Notes: a model not told the origin generated them from the letters alone. Shown: positions 48,453-57,299, counted from the first letter of the stretch. The stretch: DNA of 57,484 nt from Candidatus Cybelea sp. (GCA_036522095.1 DATDGN010000082.1:1-57484); one strand, 5' to 3'. A program made the numbers and translations.

Positions 48453-49010
48453 ATGGAGCCGAGTTGGGTTGCCGCCATCGCCTCGGTCGCTTCCGCCTTT
48501 ATCGTGGCCGTCGCCGCCCTTGCGGCCGTGCTGCAGATCCGCCACATTCGCAACGCCAACGAAATTACGATCTATCTCCACTTGGTCGATCGACTCGAAA
48601 CCGCGAACGCGACCGAAGTCTTCCGTTCGTTCCAGGAGGTTGCCCGGCGGCTCGAGACCGATCGATCGCTGCGCTACCGGCTGGCGCAACCCCAGCCCGT
48701 GCCGGAGTTCTCCGAGATCGAAACGCTCCTGCGATTCCTCGATAACCTGACGATGCTCGCGCTTACGCGAACCGACACGGAACGGGTCATGCTCACGAAG
48801 TACGGGGTCGAGATCATTCGGCTATGGGATGCACTAGCCGAAGCGGTCTATCTGCGCCGCTACGGCATACCGCACTTCGCTGGGATGTTCGAGCACCTGG
48901 CGATGCGCGCGAAAGCATACCTAGCGAGCGGGAAGATCGATCGCTACTATGCGGAGCTGCAGCACGATCCCCGGATGACCGGCATCATGCCTCCTGAATC
49001 GCCGGACTAG
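48453..49010 (+). CDS. membrane-anchored hypothetical protein
   Basis: 185 aa with a single N-terminal TM helix (WVAAIASVASAFIVAVAALAAVL) followed by a helical domain. Confidence 0.55.
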   Translation: MEPSWVAAIASVASAFIVAVAALAAVLQIRHIRNANEITIYLHLVDRLETANATEVFRSFQEVARRLETDRSLRYRLAQPQPVPEFSEIETLLRFLDNLTMLALTRTDTERVMLTKYGVEIIRLWDALAEAVYLRRYGIPHFAGMFEHLAMRAKAYLASGKIDRYYAELQHDPRMTGIMPPESPD

Positions 49011-49057
49011 CTTCCGCGAACGCGGCACGGATGCTAAAATGCAGAGGGAGAAAGCTG

Positions 49058-50287
49058 ATGAAGACTTCGAGGTTGAGCCTTTGCGCGTTATTGGCCGGCT
49101 GCGTCACCATCGCGGCATGCTCGCAAACAACGGCGATCCCGCGCGTCCAATACGCTCCAAACGTCGCTCCTAACGGCGAGACTAGCCCATTGAGCTACAG
49201 CCTCTTGTACAGCTTCGGCGGGGTCCCCGACGGGGATTCCCCCCAGGCGGGCCTGATCGGCGACCGCCACACACTCTACGGCACGACCGTTCGAGGCGGC
49301 AAGTATGGCTTAGGGGCGGTCTTCAGCATCACGCGCGGCAAGGAGAAAGTGCTGTACAGCTTGAGCCAGGGGACGGATGGCCAGTTTCCGGACTCGGGCG
49401 TGACGGACGTCGGCGGCACGCTCTACGGCACCACGGAGTTTGGCGGCAAATTTGGCTTCGGCACGCTCTTCAGCGTCACGACGGGCGGAACCGAGAGGGT
49501 GCTGCACAGCTTCGGCCACGGAACGGACGGCATTTTCCCCTACGGCGGCGTGATCGACGTCAACGGCACGCTCTACGGCACGACGTTCGAGGGCGGCACG
49601 TACCCGTGCGCCAGCGGAGCAACGTGCGGGACCGTCTACAGCTTCACGCCGGGCCGCGCGGAGAAGGTGCTGCACAGCTTCGGTAAGGGAACCGACGGCA
49701 GTTTCCCGTTCGCGGGCCTGATCGACGTAAGCGGCACGCTCTACGGCACGACGTCCGCAGGCGGAGCGCACCCCTGCAACTTCAGCGGGTCGACCACATG
49801 CGGCACGGTCTTCAGCATCACGACCGGTGGCAAGGAGAGGGTGCTGCACAGCTTCGGCAAGGGAACCGACGGCTATTTCCCGTTCGCAAGCCTGACCGCC
49901 GTGAACGGCGTGCTCTACGGCACGACCGCCGGGGGCGGCTCGAATCATTGCGGCAAGTGCGGAACCGTGTTCAGCATCACGCCGGGCGGCGCGGAGAGAG
50001 TGCTGCACAGCTTCGGCAAGAACACGGATGGAAGCGATCCCGGAGCAAGCCTCGTCGGCGTCGGCGGCACGCTCTACGGCACGACGTACGAGGGCGGCGC
50101 CCACAGCGCCGGCACGGTCTTCAGCGTCGCGACGGATGGAACCGAAAAAATATTGCACAGCTTCGGATCCGGCACGGACGGAACGAACCCGGACGGCGGC
50201 CTGAACTACAAGGGTGGGCGCCTCGTAGGCACGACGGTAAAGGGCGGCGTTTCCAGCCGCGGCACCGTCTTTTTGCTAACGCCGTAA
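49058..50287 (+). CDS. GloVer (Gloeo_Verruco, TIGR03803-type) tandem-repeat lipoprotein
   Basis: The ATG at 49058 follows GAGGGAG. It has a lipobox (LLAGC). There are seven units of the form VLHSFG.GTDG..P.GGLI.V.GTLYGTT..GG...GTVFSIT. Confidence 0.8.
   Translation: MKTSRLSLCALLAGCVTIAACSQTTAIPRVQYAPNVAPNGETSPLSYSLLYSFGGVPDGDSPQAGLIGDRHTLYGTTVRGGKYGLGAVFSITRGKEKVLYSLSQGTDGQFPDSGVTDVGGTLYGTTEFGGKFGFGTLFSVTTGGTERVLHSFGHGTDGIFPYGGVIDVNGTLYGTTFEGGTYPCASGATCGTVYSFTPGRAEKVLHSFGKGTDGSFPFAGLIDVSGTLYGTTSAGGAHPCNFSGSTTCGTVFSITTGGKERVLHSFGKGTDGYFPFASLTAVNGVLYGTTAGGGSNHCGKCGTVFSITPGGAERVLHSFGKNTDGSDPGASLVGVGGTLYGTTYEGGAHSAGTVFSVATDGTEKILHSFGSGTDGTNPDGGLNYKGGRLVGTTVKGGVSSRGTVFLLTP
49193..50284 (+). repeat. 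seven coding tandem repeats (about 50-57 codons each) of the GloVer unit
   Basis: The DNA strings gtgctgcacagcttcgg and ggcacgctctacggcacgac recur at intervals of about 150-170 nt. Confidence 0.8.
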
Positions 50288-50365
50288 CGCAGCCCCCAGA
50301 AAAGGCACTCGAGCCGCCTGCCTTACGTAGTAAAGCGATCGCATCTACTCAAAAGGAGTTACGTA

Positions 50366-51394
50366 GTGAATACGACTGCTTTGATCAAATACGCCAGTGC
50401 TCTGGTTGCACTCGCGATATGCTCGGCGTGCGCCCTTCGACAGGCTCAGGGTGACATGGCGGTGGCGCCGTCAAACTCCGCGCCCAATGTTTCATACATC
50501 GGCAGGACGCTCTCAGTGAACGGAAGGCTGGTAACGGCAGCGCGCGTAAATCTGAGCCCGCTGCCCCGATTCGCGACACTTGTTCCTGACACATTTGCGA
50601 ACCCGAGGACCTTCGAGTACATCATCAACGACTACGGTACCTACGCCGGCATTTTCGATTATCCGAAGGGCACTAATGAGATCGGTATGATCACTAACGT
50701 CGGTGGCCAGGGGTGCACGCACGTTCTCCATGGCTATGGGCCGAAGACCTTCTGGATCGTTGCGGCCTATAACCAGATCGAGGAGTTCAAGGTCCCCAAG
50801 ACGCCGATCCGGTCGCTCTCCGATTCCGTAGGCATGCCGTCCAGCTGCGCCATGGATATCGGCGGCGACCTTGCGGTCGGGATCCTGAACGGCGGCGGTG
50901 CGGGCGACGTCGTGATCTATAAGAATGCGCGCGGCGCGGGTACCGTTTACACCACGCCTCTGGCGAGAGAGTACTTCGACGGCTACGACAACCAGGGCAA
51001 TCTCTTCGCCGACGGTTTTACCAACGCCAGTGGCTTCGGGCTCGTCGAGCTCCCGAAGGGCGGCACTAAGTTCCAGACGGTCACGCTGAGCAACACCGTG
51101 CAGTTCCCCGGCTCCGTGCAGTGGGACGGCACGTACCTGACCGTCCTCGATCAACTAGCCAACGCGATCTACCAATACACGGTCAGCGGAACGAAGGCGA
51201 CGTTGAAGGGCACCGTATCCCTCCAAGGCTCCAACGACTGTGCGCAGAGCTGGATAGTTCCGGGTATCGTCTATTGCGCGGATGCGGGTAACAATAACGG
51301 CGAGGTTTTTAAATACCCGGCCGGCGGTTCACCCATCGCGACGCTTACAGGCAGCTTCGACCTGCCGCTCGGCACGGTGGCAGCCAAGAGATAG
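50366..51394 (+). CDS. lipoprotein, paralog family member P1 (unknown function)
   Basis: The GTG start follows AAAGGAG. It has a lipobox (LAICSAC). There are long identical runs with P2 and P3 (FPGSVQWDGTYLTV, YQYTVSGTKATLKGTV, DAGNNNGEVF.YPAGGSPIA). Confidence 0.75.
   Translation: MNTTALIKYASALVALAICSACALRQAQGDMAVAPSNSAPNVSYIGRTLSVNGRLVTAARVNLSPLPRFATLVPDTFANPRTFEYIINDYGTYAGIFDYPKGTNEIGMITNVGGQGCTHVLHGYGPKTFWIVAAYNQIEEFKVPKTPIRSLSDSVGMPSSCAMDIGGDLAVGILNGGGAGDVVIYKNARGAGTVYTTPLAREYFDGYDNQGNLFADGFTNASGFGLVELPKGGTKFQTVTLSNTVQFPGSVQWDGTYLTVLDQLANAIYQYTVSGTKATLKGTVSLQGSNDCAQSWIVPGIVYCADAGNNNGEVFKYPAGGSPIATLTGSFDLPLGTVAAKR
50431..50455 (-). repeat. short interspersed element copy inside the coding sequence of lipoprotein P1
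   Basis: The reverse complement is gtcaccctgagcctgtcgaagggcg. It encodes ALRQAQGD directly after the lipobox Cys. Confidence 0.6.
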
Positions 51395-51395
51395 A

Positions 51396-52550
51396 TTACT
51401 GCTCGAGTTCGTGCAGCGTATTCGTTTCCGTATCGGTATAAAACAGCGCCGTATCGCTGTCGGTAGTGCCGGTCGCAAGGAGTCCGAAGACGTGAGCAGT
51501 CGTGCTCGTGTCGATTATCTTGGTGGCAAGCACCTTTCCCGTCGGCGTCAGCTCCACGAGCGTGTTTCCACCTTTGGTATTCGCAACGATGAGGTTTCCG
51601 TTCGGTAGAAGAGCAGAAGCCACGGGCGCATTGAGCGGGGAGCCGCTATAGACGAGCCTCGCGCACGTGGCCTTTGGGTGAGCGCATTTGAATCTCTTGC
51701 CACCGGGCAGCACGATGATCTCGTCCTTCGCGAGCAGGTTGCTGGCGGTCGAAACGGCGATGACGGTGTTATTGACTCCATCCACGATATACAGTGTGTC
51801 GTTGCAAAGATTACCGATTCTCGTGCTGTTGTATTGAACTCCGGATGGCCCCAGGACGCCCCAACCGGAGCCCTTATTGACACCGAAGCCGGTCATCACC
51901 TGGGTCAATTTAGCGTGGCCGGAGCGACTAACGGGGATGAACGCCAACTTGATGATCGAGCCGGTCTTGGAATCCGCGATATAGATGTCCTCAGGCGCGT
52001 ATGGTAGACCGCAGAATGCATCGGCGTCGGCGAACGGGACTTGGACGGGAGAACCGTAACTCTTTTTGAGCGATCCGGTTGGATCGAACTTCGAAACGCG
52101 ATCGCTGCTCAGCCCCGCGCCGTAGACGTAGTTCGTCGCAGTGGTCGCATCGCCGACGCAGCCCCCTACCTTGCTGCTTTGCGCGAAAGTCCTTAGCTTG
52201 GAGTGCGGGTGCGGATCGAGTACCTCGATCGTGGTACCTTTCCCAGCAGTGCCCGCAGAGTCGTCGAAGTTGCAAACGACCAGCTGCCCTTTCTTGAGGC
52301 CGAAGGTCGAGCGAGCCACCGAGATCGCGCGCGGGCCCATGTCACCATTTTTCGGATCGACTGTCGAGCCGATTTTGACGTCCTTAGTGAGCTTTTTCAG
52401 AATCGAGTGCGTGTCGTCTGGAACGATGGAGCTCGCGCCTGGCGCGGAGACTTGCGACGCGAACGGGACGGTAGTGTGTCCTCCGCACGCCGAAGTTGCA
52501 AAAAGTGCTCCCGCGGTCAGCGTAAGCACGTGGTTGTTGAAAGTCGGCAT
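51396..52550 (-). CDS. lipoprotein, NHL/beta-propeller-like, unknown function
   Basis: ATG 52550 (MPTFNNHVLTLTAGALFATSACGG lipobox) has AGGAG upstream. The upstream part of ORF 51396..52832 is discarded. Confidence 0.65.
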   Translation of the reverse strand: MPTFNNHVLTLTAGALFATSACGGHTTVPFASQVSAPGASSIVPDDTHSILKKLTKDVKIGSTVDPKNGDMGPRAISVARSTFGLKKGQLVVCNFDDSAGTAGKGTTIEVLDPHPHSKLRTFAQSSKVGGCVGDATTATNYVYGAGLSSDRVSKFDPTGSLKKSYGSPVQVPFADADAFCGLPYAPEDIYIADSKTGSIIKLAFIPVSRSGHAKLTQVMTGFGVNKGSGWGVLGPSGVQYNSTRIGNLCNDTLYIVDGVNNTVIAVSTASNLLAKDEIIVLPGGKRFKCAHPKATCARLVYSGSPLNAPVASALLPNGNLIVANTKGGNTLVELTPTGKVLATKIIDTSTTAHVFGLLATGTTDSDTALFYTDTETNTLHELEQ

Positions 52551-52716
52551 CCAAAAACTCGCTCCTGACGCAGTGATGACGATGCGGGCTTCGCAGTGCT
52601 TCTTTCGTCGCCTGCAAGAGCGAGCGACCGCACGCTCTAGTCGCCTAGGCTTCTGCGAACGCCACGCAAAAGCCAAGCGGCAACCCGGACAATGTGTTGC
52701 TTCTTGGAGGATATGT

Positions 52717-53730
52717 ATGAAGACGGCTGGTCTAGTCAAATGCGCCGGTGCACTGCTTGCACTCGCGATATGCTCGGCATGCGGCGCCCCGGCGGTGGCG
52801 CCATCGACCGCTGCTCTCAATAGCACATACATCGGTCGGACGCTCTACGTGAACGGAAGGCCGGTAACCGCAGCGCGCGCAAACCTGAGCTCGCCGCCCC
52901 GTTACGCAATGTTTATTCCTGACCAGCATGTGGATACGAAGTTTGAGTATGTCATCAACTTCTACGGTAGCTACGCAAGCATCTTCGACTATCCGAAGGG
53001 CAATAAGCAGATCGGTACGATAAATAACGTCGGTGGTCAAGGGTGCACGAACCAGCTCTCCGGCTATGGGAAGAAGACCTTCTGGATCGTCGCGGGCGTT
53101 AACCAGATCACGGAGTACCAGGTCCCCCAGAAGCCGATCAAGACGCTCTCCGCGCCCGCCGGCAGTATGCCTTCCAGCTGTGCCATGAATACGAGGGGCG
53201 ATCTGGCCGTCGGGATCCTAAACTTCACCGACGGAGGCGACGTCGTGATCTACAGGCACGCGAGCGGCTCGGGCACGGTTTACAAGACGCCGCTGGACGA
53301 AGAGTTCTTCGACGGCTACGACAACCAGGGGAATCTCTTTGCCGACGGCTTTACCGGCTACCGCTCGGGCTTCGCGCTCGTCGAACTCCCCAAGGGGGCC
53401 AATGCGTTCCGGTCGATCACAACGAGCAACACCATTCAGTTCCCCGGCTCCGTGCAGTGGGATGGCACGTACCTTACCGTCTTCGATCAGACGGCGAACA
53501 ACGTTTATCAATACACCGTCAGCGGAACGAAAGCGACGTTGAAGGGCACCGTATCGCTCAAGGGTTCCAGCGACTGCGGGCAGACCTGGATCGTTCCGGG
53601 CATCGTCTATTGCGGGGATGCGGGTAACAACAACGGCGAGGTCTTTCAATACCCGGCCGGCGGCTCACCGATTGCCGTCTTTACGGGCAATTTCGACACA
53701 CCGCTCGGCGTGGTGGCAGCAGAAAGGTAG
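52717..53730 (+). CDS. lipoprotein, paralog family member P2
   Basis: The ATG at 52717 follows GGAGG. The N-terminus is MKTAGLVKCAGALLALAICSAC. It is collinear with P1 and P3. Confidence 0.78.
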   Translation: MKTAGLVKCAGALLALAICSACGAPAVAPSTAALNSTYIGRTLYVNGRPVTAARANLSSPPRYAMFIPDQHVDTKFEYVINFYGSYASIFDYPKGNKQIGTINNVGGQGCTNQLSGYGKKTFWIVAGVNQITEYQVPQKPIKTLSAPAGSMPSSCAMNTRGDLAVGILNFTDGGDVVIYRHASGSGTVYKTPLDEEFFDGYDNQGNLFADGFTGYRSGFALVELPKGANAFRSITTSNTIQFPGSVQWDGTYLTVFDQTANNVYQYTVSGTKATLKGTVSLKGSSDCGQTWIVPGIVYCGDAGNNNGEVFQYPAGGSPIAVFTGNFDTPLGVVAAER

Positions 53731-54737
53731 TGAATATGACTAGATTAGTGAAATACGCCGGTGCGCTGGTCGCAGTCGCAATATGCTCGGCGTGCGCCGG
53801 CTCGGCGCCGCCGTCAACCGCTACGCTCAATGCACGATACGTTGGCAAGATGCTCTACGTAAACGGACGGCCGGTAACTGCGGCGCGCGTGAATCTGAGC
53901 CCGCTGCCCCGTTACGCGACGACTCTTCCGGATGTCCAAGCGAAGCCGAAGACCTTTGAGTACGTTATCAACTTCTACGGTAGCTACGCCACCATTTTCG
54001 ACTATCCGAAGAGCACTAAACAGATCGGTACCATCACTAACGTCGGCGGCCAAGGCTGCACGAACGTCCTCTACGGCTACGGGAAGAAGACTTTCTGGAT
54101 CGTCGCAGCCTATAACCAGATCACCGAGTACAGGGTCGAGAAGGCGCCGATCAAGACGCTCTCCGATTCCGTCGGTATGCCGTCCAGCTGCGCCATGAAT
54201 GCCGCCGGTGACCTCGCGGTCGGGATCTTGAGTGGATCGGGTGGGGGCGACGTCGTGATCTACAAGAACGCGAGCGGGTCGGGCACCGTTTACAGCACGC
54301 CCTTGATCGGAGAGTACTTCGACGGCTACGACAAGAGCGGGAATCTCTTCGCCGACGGCTTCAACGGCGCCAGCGCCTTCGAGCTTACCGAGCTCCCGAA
54401 GGGCGGCACTAAATTCCAAGCGATCACAACGAGCAACAGTATCGGGTTCCCCGGGTCCGTGCAGTGGGACGGCAAGTACCTCACCGTCCTCGATCAGACG
54501 GCCAACAACATCTATCAATACACCGTCAGTGGAACGAAGGCGACATTGAAGGGCACCGTACATCTCGTTGGTTCCGCCGACTGCGCGCAGACGTGGATCG
54601 TTAAGGGCCTCGTCTATTGCGGGGATGCGGGTAACAGCGATGGCGAGGTTTTTAAGTACCCGGCCGGCGGTTCAGCGGTTGCGGTTCTAACCGGTAATTT
54701 CGACTTTCCGCTCGGCGTGGTGGCAGCAGCGAAATAA
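53730..54737 (+). CDS. lipoprotein, paralog family member P3
   Basis: GTG 53730 overlaps the last base of the P2 stop (ATG 53736 is an alternative). The N-terminus is MNMTRLVKYAGALVAVAICSAC. It is collinear with P1 and P2. Confidence 0.78.
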   Translation: MNMTRLVKYAGALVAVAICSACAGSAPPSTATLNARYVGKMLYVNGRPVTAARVNLSPLPRYATTLPDVQAKPKTFEYVINFYGSYATIFDYPKSTKQIGTITNVGGQGCTNVLYGYGKKTFWIVAAYNQITEYRVEKAPIKTLSDSVGMPSSCAMNAAGDLAVGILSGSGGGDVVIYKNASGSGTVYSTPLIGEYFDGYDKSGNLFADGFNGASAFELTELPKGGTKFQAITTSNSIGFPGSVQWDGKYLTVLDQTANNIYQYTVSGTKATLKGTVHLVGSADCAQTWIVKGLVYCGDAGNSDGEVFKYPAGGSAVAVLTGNFDFPLGVVAAAK

Positions 54738-54750
54738 TCTGCGTTTCTGG

Positions 54751-56412
54751 CTACTCTTTCAGCGCCTCGTGTAGGAGCGAGATCGCGATGGAGCCTTCGC
54801 CGACGCCGGAGGCGACGCGCTTGACGCTGCCGCTGCGCACGTCGCCGACGGCGAATACGCGCGGCAGCGTCGTCTCCAGCAAAAACGGTGCGCGCGCCAG
54901 CGGCCAGTTCGCCTGCTGCAGCTCCCTGGGTGCAAGCGCGGGGCCCGTTTTGATGAAGCCCTTCTCGTCGAGGACGACGCAGCCGTCGAGCCACGCCGTG
55001 TTCGGCGCGCCGCCCGTCATCAAAAAGACGTGGCGGATCGGGCGCTCCTCGGTTTCACCGGTTTGGTTGTTGCGCCAGCGCACGCGCTCCAGGTGCTCGC
55101 CGCCTTCCAGCGCGACGATCTCGGTGTGCGGCCGCACCTCGATGTTGGGCGTCTCCTCGATGCGCGCAACCAGATAGCGTGACATCGTCGCGGAAAGGCC
55201 GTCGCCACGAATGAGCATGCACACGCGCCGCGCGCGCTCTGAGAGAAACACGGCGGCCTGGCCGGCGGAGTTGGCGCCGCCGACGACGATCACATCCTCC
55301 CCGCCGCAGTAATCGACCTCGATCTTCGTGGCCGCGTAATAACAGCCGGCACCCTCAAAGCGCGGCAGCTCCGCGAGCGGCAGCTTGCGATACTCGACGC
55401 CGGTGGCGATAACGATGCTGCGGGTGGGAATGCGCCGGCCGTCGTCGGTCTCGACCGTGTACGGCTGCCGATCGCAATGCAAGCGCGCGCCGCCGGCGAT
55501 CAGCATCTGCGCCCCGAACTTCTCCGCCTGCACGAAGGCGCGCCCGGCGAGTTCTTGGCCCGAGACGCCGGTCGGGAAGCCGAGGTAGTTTTCGATGCGC
55601 GAGCTCGTGCCGGCTTGCCCGCCGGGCGCGGTTGCCTCGATCATCAACGTGTCGAGGCCTTCGGACGCCCCATACACGGCCGCCGCCAATCCCGCCGGAC
55701 CCGCACCGATGATGACGAGGTCTCGCACCTTGGCCGGATCCGCCGCTTCGTTGAAGCCGAGGCACTCGGCGACCGCGCGATTCGACGGATTGCGCAGCAC
55801 GTCGCGCCCGTGGCAGATGAGCACCGGTATCTCGTCGGCGCTGACGTCGAAAGCGTCCATGAGGTGCCGCACGTCGTCGTGGCCGTCGAGGTCGACGTAT
55901 TGGTACGGATGACCGTTGCGCGTGAGAAACTCCTTGAGGCGCAGCGTGTCGCGCGAGTGCGCCGAGCCGAGCAACACGACGTCGCCGAGGTTCGCGCCGA
56001 CGATCGCCAGACGCCGGCTGATGAAGGCGCGCATGACGATCTCGTTGAGCTCGGCATCGGCTTGCACCAGGGCCAACATGCTCTGCCGGTCGAGCTCGAT
56101 CACTTCGCCCGCCTTGCTGACGCGGATGCGAAAGAGCGCCGCGCGCCCCGAGAGCACGCTGATTTCTCCCGTGAAATGCCCCGGCAGGACGACGGTCACG
56201 AGCGCCTCGCCTTCGAAATCGCGCACGGCAGGGCGGACGGTCTCGAGCTCGCCCGACAGGACGACGAAGAACGGAATGACGCGGTCGCCGGCGTCGACGA
56301 GAATCTCGCTCTCGCGCACGCTCCGTTTACGGCCACGCGCGGCGAAGCGCCGGATCTGCGCCGGCGTCAGGGTGGGAAAGGTGCGCTCGTCCTGCGGAAG
56401 AAGCGGATTCAC
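54751..56412 (-). CDS. cyclic-nucleotide-binding domain fused to thioredoxin-reductase-like FAD/NAD(P) oxidoreductase (no CxxC)
   Basis: GTG 56412 overlaps the upstream AKR stop (GTGA). The cNMP domain is [10 protein letters not shown]...[17 protein letters not shown]. The FAD motif is [19 protein letters not shown] and the NAD(P) motif is [30 protein letters not shown] sits where TrxR has CATC. Confidence 0.82.
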   Translation of the reverse strand: MNPLLPQDERTFPTLTPAQIRRFAARGRKRSVRESEILVDAGDRVIPFFVVLSGELETVRPAVRDFEGEALVTVVLPGHFTGEISVLSGRAALFRIRVSKAGEVIELDRQSMLALVQADAELNEIVMRAFISRRLAIVGANLGDVVLLGSAHSRDTLRLKEFLTRNGHPYQYVDLDGHDDVRHLMDAFDVSADEIPVLICHGRDVLRNPSNRAVAECLGFNEAADPAKVRDLVIIGAGPAGLAAAVYGASEGLDTLMIEATAPGGQAGTSSRIENYLGFPTGVSGQELAGRAFVQAEKFGAQMLIAGGARLHCDRQPYTVETDDGRRIPTRSIVIATGVEYRKLPLAELPRFEGAGCYYAATKIEVDYCGGEDVIVVGGANSAGQAAVFLSERARRVCMLIRGDGLSATMSRYLVARIEETPNIEVRPHTEIVALEGGEHLERVRWRNNQTGETEERPIRHVFLMTGGAPNTAWLDGCVVLDEKGFIKTGPALAPRELQQANWPLARAPFLLETTLPRVFAVGDVRSGSVKRVASGVGEGSIAISLLHEALKE

Positions 56413-57299
56413 CCGGTTGGTATTTCGTTGAGCGCGGCCATATCTGCGTCGCTCAGCTTCAGCGATGCGGCGCCGAGGTTCTCCTTGAGGTGCTCGACCT
56501 TGGACGTGCCGGGAATCGGCAGCATCACCGGTGACTTTGCCAGGAGCCAAGCCAGCGCGACCTGCGACCGTAAGGCCTTGTGGCGGTGCGCGATTTGCGC
56601 GAGTGCGCCGCCGTGCTTGGCGAGATCGCCGGTGGCGAGGGGGAACCACGGAATGAACGCGATGTTCTCGCGCGTGCAGTACTCGACGACGTCTTCGGAC
56701 TCGCAGTCGGTGAGATTGTAGAGATTCTGCACCGAGACGATTTGAGCCCATTGCCGAGCGGCCTCGATCTGCTCGACGCCGACGTTGGAAAGTCCGATGT
56801 GGCGAATTTTGCCCTCGTGCGCAAGCTCGACGAGCGTGCCGACCTGATCGTGGAACGGCACCTTGGGATCGGGACGGTGCAGCTGCAGAAGGTCGATGCG
56901 ATCCAGACGCAAGCGCTTGAGGCTGCCCTCAACGGCCTCGCGCAGATGCTGCGGACGGCCGTCGGGCTCCCACTTGCCGGGGCCGGGCCGCACGAGGCCG
57001 GCTTTCGTCGCAATGACGAGGTCCGCGGGATACGGATACAGCGCTTCGGCGATCATTTCTTCGGAGACGTGCGGGCCGTAGGAGTCGGCGGTATCGACGA
57101 TGGTAACGCCGAGTTCGACCGCGGCCTTGAGCACCGCGATCGCCTCGGCATGGTCGGCCGGCGGTCCCCAGATGCCGTTGCCGGTGATGCGCATCGCGCC
57201 GAAGCCGAGGCGATGGACCGGCATATCGCCGCCGATTTTGAACGTGCCGCTTGCGGCCGCGGGGCGCGCCGATGCCGCAGCGGTTTGTGACGTACTCAT
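56409..57299 (-). CDS. aldo/keto reductase
   Basis: [26 protein letters not shown] and IGLSN are typical AKR motifs. Confidence 0.88.
   Translation of the reverse strand: MSTSQTAAASARPAAASGTFKIGGDMPVHRLGFGAMRITGNGIWGPPADHAEAIAVLKAAVELGVTIVDTADSYGPHVSEEMIAEALYPYPADLVIATKAGLVRPGPGKWEPDGRPQHLREAVEGSLKRLRLDRIDLLQLHRPDPKVPFHDQVGTLVELAHEGKIRHIGLSNVGVEQIEAARQWAQIVSVQNLYNLTDCESEDVVEYCTRENIAFIPWFPLATGDLAKHGGALAQIAHRHKALRSQVALAWLLAKSPVMLPIPGTSKVEHLKENLGAASLKLSDADMAALNEIPTG

Noticed and set aside
49193-50284. Regularly spaced DNA repeats that might suggest a CRISPR array or VNTR.
   Set aside because: The repeats are in frame inside one long ORF and correspond to the GloVer protein repeat. The spacing of about 150-170 nt and the divergent 'spacers' are coding. 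There are no cas genes.
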